Origin: Dehalococcoidia bacterium
GTDB taxonomy: Bacteria > Chloroflexota > Dehalococcoidia > DSTF01 > RBG-16-68-14
DNA: 20,000 nt
Reading direction: 5' to 3'
Assembly (NCBI GenBank): GCA_040882355.1
Contig: JBBEBM010000029.1
Coordinates: forward strand, 111,869-131,868
Shown: positions 15,090 through 20,000 of the stretch, in pieces
Layout of the letters: each line of letters starts with the position of its first letter
Position numbering within the stretch: the first letter of the stretch is position 1
Notes under the pieces: generated by a model
Database searches by the model: none
Told to the model about the DNA's origin: nothing
The model's input: only the letters and a program-made list of their open reading frames with translations
Program-made: the position numbers and the translations under genes

Positions 15090-15851
15090 ATGGAGGAACA
15101 ACGCCCCTCCGATCCCTCACCCTCTCAGGACGCCCCCGCGGCCGAAGACGCCGGGCCGCCGGACGCCTTCAACCCCCCACCTCCATCGCGCGCCTCTCAG
15201 TCTGACGGCGGCGACGGCGGCGGTGTTGAGTGGCCGGAGAGCCTCGACTTCCTGCGCAACCGCTTCATCATCGCCGGGCTGGGGCTGCTCGCCGCGCTGC
15301 TGCTGGCGATCATCATCCTCGTCGCGCTTGCGGGTGAAGAGCAGGACTCGACCACGCCGGCCGAGGTGTCGAACCCGACACCAGACGAACAGACCACGGT
15401 CGTCCCGCCGAGCGAAGGGCTCGCCGGGCGCATCGTCAATACGGCGATCTTGCGGAACGGGCCCGGCAGCGGCTACGCGATCCTGGGCACGATCCCGAGC
15501 GGCGCTCAGGTCGCCGTCGTCGGACGCAACGAGGACAACACGTGGTTCCAGGTCGTGCCGTCGTCGTCCAGCCTGCGCGGCTGGGTGGAGGCGGACTACG
15601 TGCAGGTCACAGGCGACGTGACGACGCTCGTGATCGCGGGGCCGGGGTCCGGGCCGTCGATCGCCGTTCCGACGCGGATCAACGTGCCGGACGAGGACGA
15701 CGAGCCGGCCGTGCCCACGTCGCCGCCGCAGCGCCCGACGTCGACGCGGGCAGCGCCGCCGACCAAGGCGCCGCCGACCGCGCTGCCACCTACGGTGCCG
15801 CGTCCGACCGCCACCTCAGCGCCGCCGCCGCCGACAGCAACGCCGCCGTGA
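15090..15851 (+). CDS. Single-pass membrane protein with a bacterial SH3 domain and Pro/Thr-rich tail
   Basis: TM segment IIAGLGLLAALLLAIIILVAL and SH3b pattern ILRNGPGSGYAILG...VVGRNEDNTWFQV...GWV. ATG 15072 overlaps the TACAAT box, so ATG 15090 is preferred. Confidence 0.8.
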   Translation: MEEQRPSDPSPSQDAPAAEDAGPPDAFNPPPPSRASQSDGGDGGGVEWPESLDFLRNRFIIAGLGLLAALLLAIIILVALAGEEQDSTTPAEVSNPTPDEQTTVVPPSEGLAGRIVNTAILRNGPGSGYAILGTIPSGAQVAVVGRNEDNTWFQVVPSSSSLRGWVEADYVQVTGDVTTLVIAGPGSGPSIAVPTRINVPDEDDEPAVPTSPPQRPTSTRAAPPTKAPPTALPPTVPRPTATSAPPPPTATPP

Positions 15852-15927
15852 AAGATCGCGAAAATTTCATCCGACACGACAGGAAGAACTCGGTGGTCTG
15901 CAACGGATGTTGGTACACTGGGTCGCG

Positions 15928-16452
15928 GTGAGCGGGAACATGCCGCATGCGGGACCGGTGACGACGAGCGTAGGCGAGAAGCTGGAGGCCAGCAGACAAG
16001 CCCTCATGGACGCCATCGCAGGACTGGACGAAGAGGGCTTTCGAGCCCGTCCCACGGCCGGCGAGTGGACGGCGGCAGAAGTCCTGGCGCACCTGCTCGC
16101 CGATGAACCGGGGGTGGTCGCATCGGCACAGGCGGCGCTGGGGGGCGGCACCATCACTCTTGACGCGACGCCAGACGACGAGCGCGAGCAGCAAGCAAAG
16201 GATGCCGCACAGCGCATGCCTGTACCGCAGATCCTCCATGGCTTGCTCGCCGCGCGTCGCGACACCGTGCGGCGCGTCGAAGCGCTGTCGCCGGGTCAGC
16301 TCGCGGGGCGGGTCCGGCACCCGGCCCGCGGCGACACGACGGTTTCACGTCTATTCGAGCACATTGCCGAGCACGAGGAAGACCACGCCGCCCAGATTCG
16401 GACGATGCGAGCCCAGACCGGCCGTAACCGCCGGGACACGGGCGCGTTGTAA
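15928..16452 (+). CDS. DinB family protein
   Basis: RPTAGEWTAAEVLAHL, HPARG and HIAEHEEDHAAQI. Start uncertain (GTG 15928, ATG 15940 or GTG 15958). Confidence 0.85.
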   Translation: MSGNMPHAGPVTTSVGEKLEASRQALMDAIAGLDEEGFRARPTAGEWTAAEVLAHLLADEPGVVASAQAALGGGTITLDATPDDEREQQAKDAAQRMPVPQILHGLLAARRDTVRRVEALSPGQLAGRVRHPARGDTTVSRLFEHIAEHEEDHAAQIRTMRAQTGRNRRDTGAL

Positions 16453-16469
16453 GGGGCAAGCGAGGCGGT

Positions 16470-18466
16470 ATGACCATCGCTGAGGAGATCAAGAGCCGGA
16501 TCGATATCGTGGACGTGATCGGCCAGTACGTGACGCTCCAGAAGGCGGGACGCAGCTTCAAGGCGCTCTGCCCGTTCCACACAGAAAAGACGCCCTCGTT
16601 CCACATCTCGCCGGAGAAGCAGTCGTGGTACTGCTTCGGGGCCTGCGCCACGGGCGGCGACGTGCTCACGTTCGTCATGAAGCGCGAGAATATCGACTTC
16701 CCGGAGGCGCTCCGGCTGCTCGCCCCGCGCGCGGGGGTCACGCTGAGCGACCGGCGCGACCCTCAGGAGGAGGAGCGCAACCAGCGGCTCTTCCAGACGA
16801 ACGAGGCCGCCGCCACGTTCTTCAACTACACGTTGGTCCAGACCAAGCCCGGCGAAGCGGCCCGCAGCTACCTCACGGAACGTGGCCTGGACGAGCAGAC
16901 CATCGAAGCCTTCCAGCTCGGGTACAGCCCGGATGGGTGGGACGCGCTGCGGTCGCACCTGGTCGGCCGCGGCTTCAGCGAAGCGGAGCTGGTGGCCACG
17001 GGCCTGCTCGTCGAGAGCGACCGGGGCGGCTACGATCGCTTCCGGCATCGGCTGATGTTCCCGATCCGGGATGAGCGCGGCCGCGTCGTCGGTTTCGGCG
17101 CGCGCAAGATGGGAGGCGAAAGCGCCGACAGCTCGCCGGCGAAATACATGAACACGCCGCAGGGGCCGATGTTTGATAAGGGCGCACTGCTCTACGGACT
17201 GGACCGGGCGAAGGAGACGGTGCGCGCGCAGCGGACTGTCATCGTTGTCGAAGGGTATATGGACGTCATCGCGGCGCACCAGCACGGCTACACCAATGTC
17301 GTCGCCTCCATGGGCACGGCGCTCACTGACAAGCAGATCAGGACGCTGGAACGTCTGCGCGCCACCGTCCTCCTGGCCATGGACGCGGACGCCGCCGGCA
17401 TTGAAGCGACGTTGCGCGCGCTCCAGGCCGGGCAGGCCGCGGGCGCCGTTCGCGCCGGGCCGGAGTCGGCTCACCCCTCGGCGATGAGCGAGGAGGAGTT
17501 CGCTGAGAAGGTGCGCGAGTGGACGCGCGACGGCCTCAAGCGCGCCGCCGTTACCTTCTCCGTCGTGCCGCTCGCGGGCAAGGACCCGGACGAGCTTATC
17601 CGCAAGGACATTGCCGCGTGGCAGGAGGCGATCGACCACGCGCGGCCGTTCACGGAGCACGTCTTCGAGACGTTCGCCGCGCGCAAGGACCTCTCGCAGC
17701 CCGCGCAGCGCGCCGAGCTGATGCAGGAGTTGCTGCCGGTGCTCCGGCTGATCGAGGAGCCGGTGCATCACGCGCACTATCTTCAGCGCCTGGCGCGACT
17801 GACGCAGGTGAGCGAAGACGTCCTACAGCGTGAGGTGCGGTCCGCCAGAGGGGCACGCCGTCCGCAATACGAGTCATCGCAACAGGCGCCGATCTCGCGT
17901 CCGCGCGCGCAGCGGGACAGCGTCGAGGAGTTCGTTCTCGCGCTGCTGCTGCGCTATCCGGAGCTGCGCGGCGAGGGCCGCGCTCTTTCGCCGGACCTCT
18001 TCGCGCTCAGCGAGCACCGAGGGGTGTTCACGGCGTGGCTGGAGGATTCGAATTTCGACGCGCTGCGCGATGCGCTGCCCGAAGAGCTGCACCCGCAGTT
18101 GACGCAGGTCATGGGCAGAAACGTGCCGATCATGGAAGGGAGCCATCTCTTCGAGGCGTTCCAAGATTGCGTGCGCAAGATCGAATTGCGTAGACTGACG
18201 GCGGCTAAACGGGCCAGCACAGCGTCACTAACCGACCCCGATACAAGGGAGGACATGCGAGCTGTGGTGGAAGAGGCAAGAGCCCTCGCCGAAAGCCGGG
18301 GCGAACCGGGCCCGGAAGAGCCGTCCCCCGCACAAGGAGACCCCCGCCTGCGCGAGCTCGCCGCCGCGCTGGTCCACGACACGGAGCTGGGTCGCCGGCT
18401 GCACCAGGCGACCTCAGCGCCGCGAACGAACCAGCCGGCACAAGCACCCCCGCCGGAGGACGTGCG

Positions 18467-18470
<4 letters not shown>
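16470..18470 (+). CDS. dnaG: DNA primase
   Basis: CHC2 zinc finger CPFH.EKTPSF...[42 protein letters not shown] and KDPDE. GAGG RBS upstream. Confidence 0.97.

Positions 18471-20000
<1,530 letters not shown>

Overview
High-GC bacterial chromosomal region, most consistent with Chloroflexota (Dehalococcoidia-like). This assignment is inferred from the RpoD and DnaG insertions and overall gene style, not from a search. The left part carries a partial SsuD-like LLM monooxygenase, a stand-alone multi-pass membrane sensor-like protein, MmcQ/YjbR, an ABM-family protein, msrB and comM/yifB. The middle accessory block has an orphan lipoprotein, an orphan 132-aa protein divergent from a 952-aa AAA(STAND)-TPR-LuxR regulator, two paralogous SAM methyltransferases (the second with a frameshifted 5' end) flanking a TolB-like beta-propeller lipoprotein, and a DinB/MDMPI protein. 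The right part is dgt, an SH3 membrane protein, a second DinB protein, dnaG and a partial rpoD. The most notable unannotated signals are non-coding: a candidate sigma-28-type promoter plus sRNA between msrB and comM, a promoter-driven two-hairpin RNA pointing antisense at the LuxR gene, a LexA-type box inside the comM promoter, a ~145-bp MITE-like element, and recurrent -10-only/leaderless promoters. All product calls rest on motif recognition; no database searches were run.
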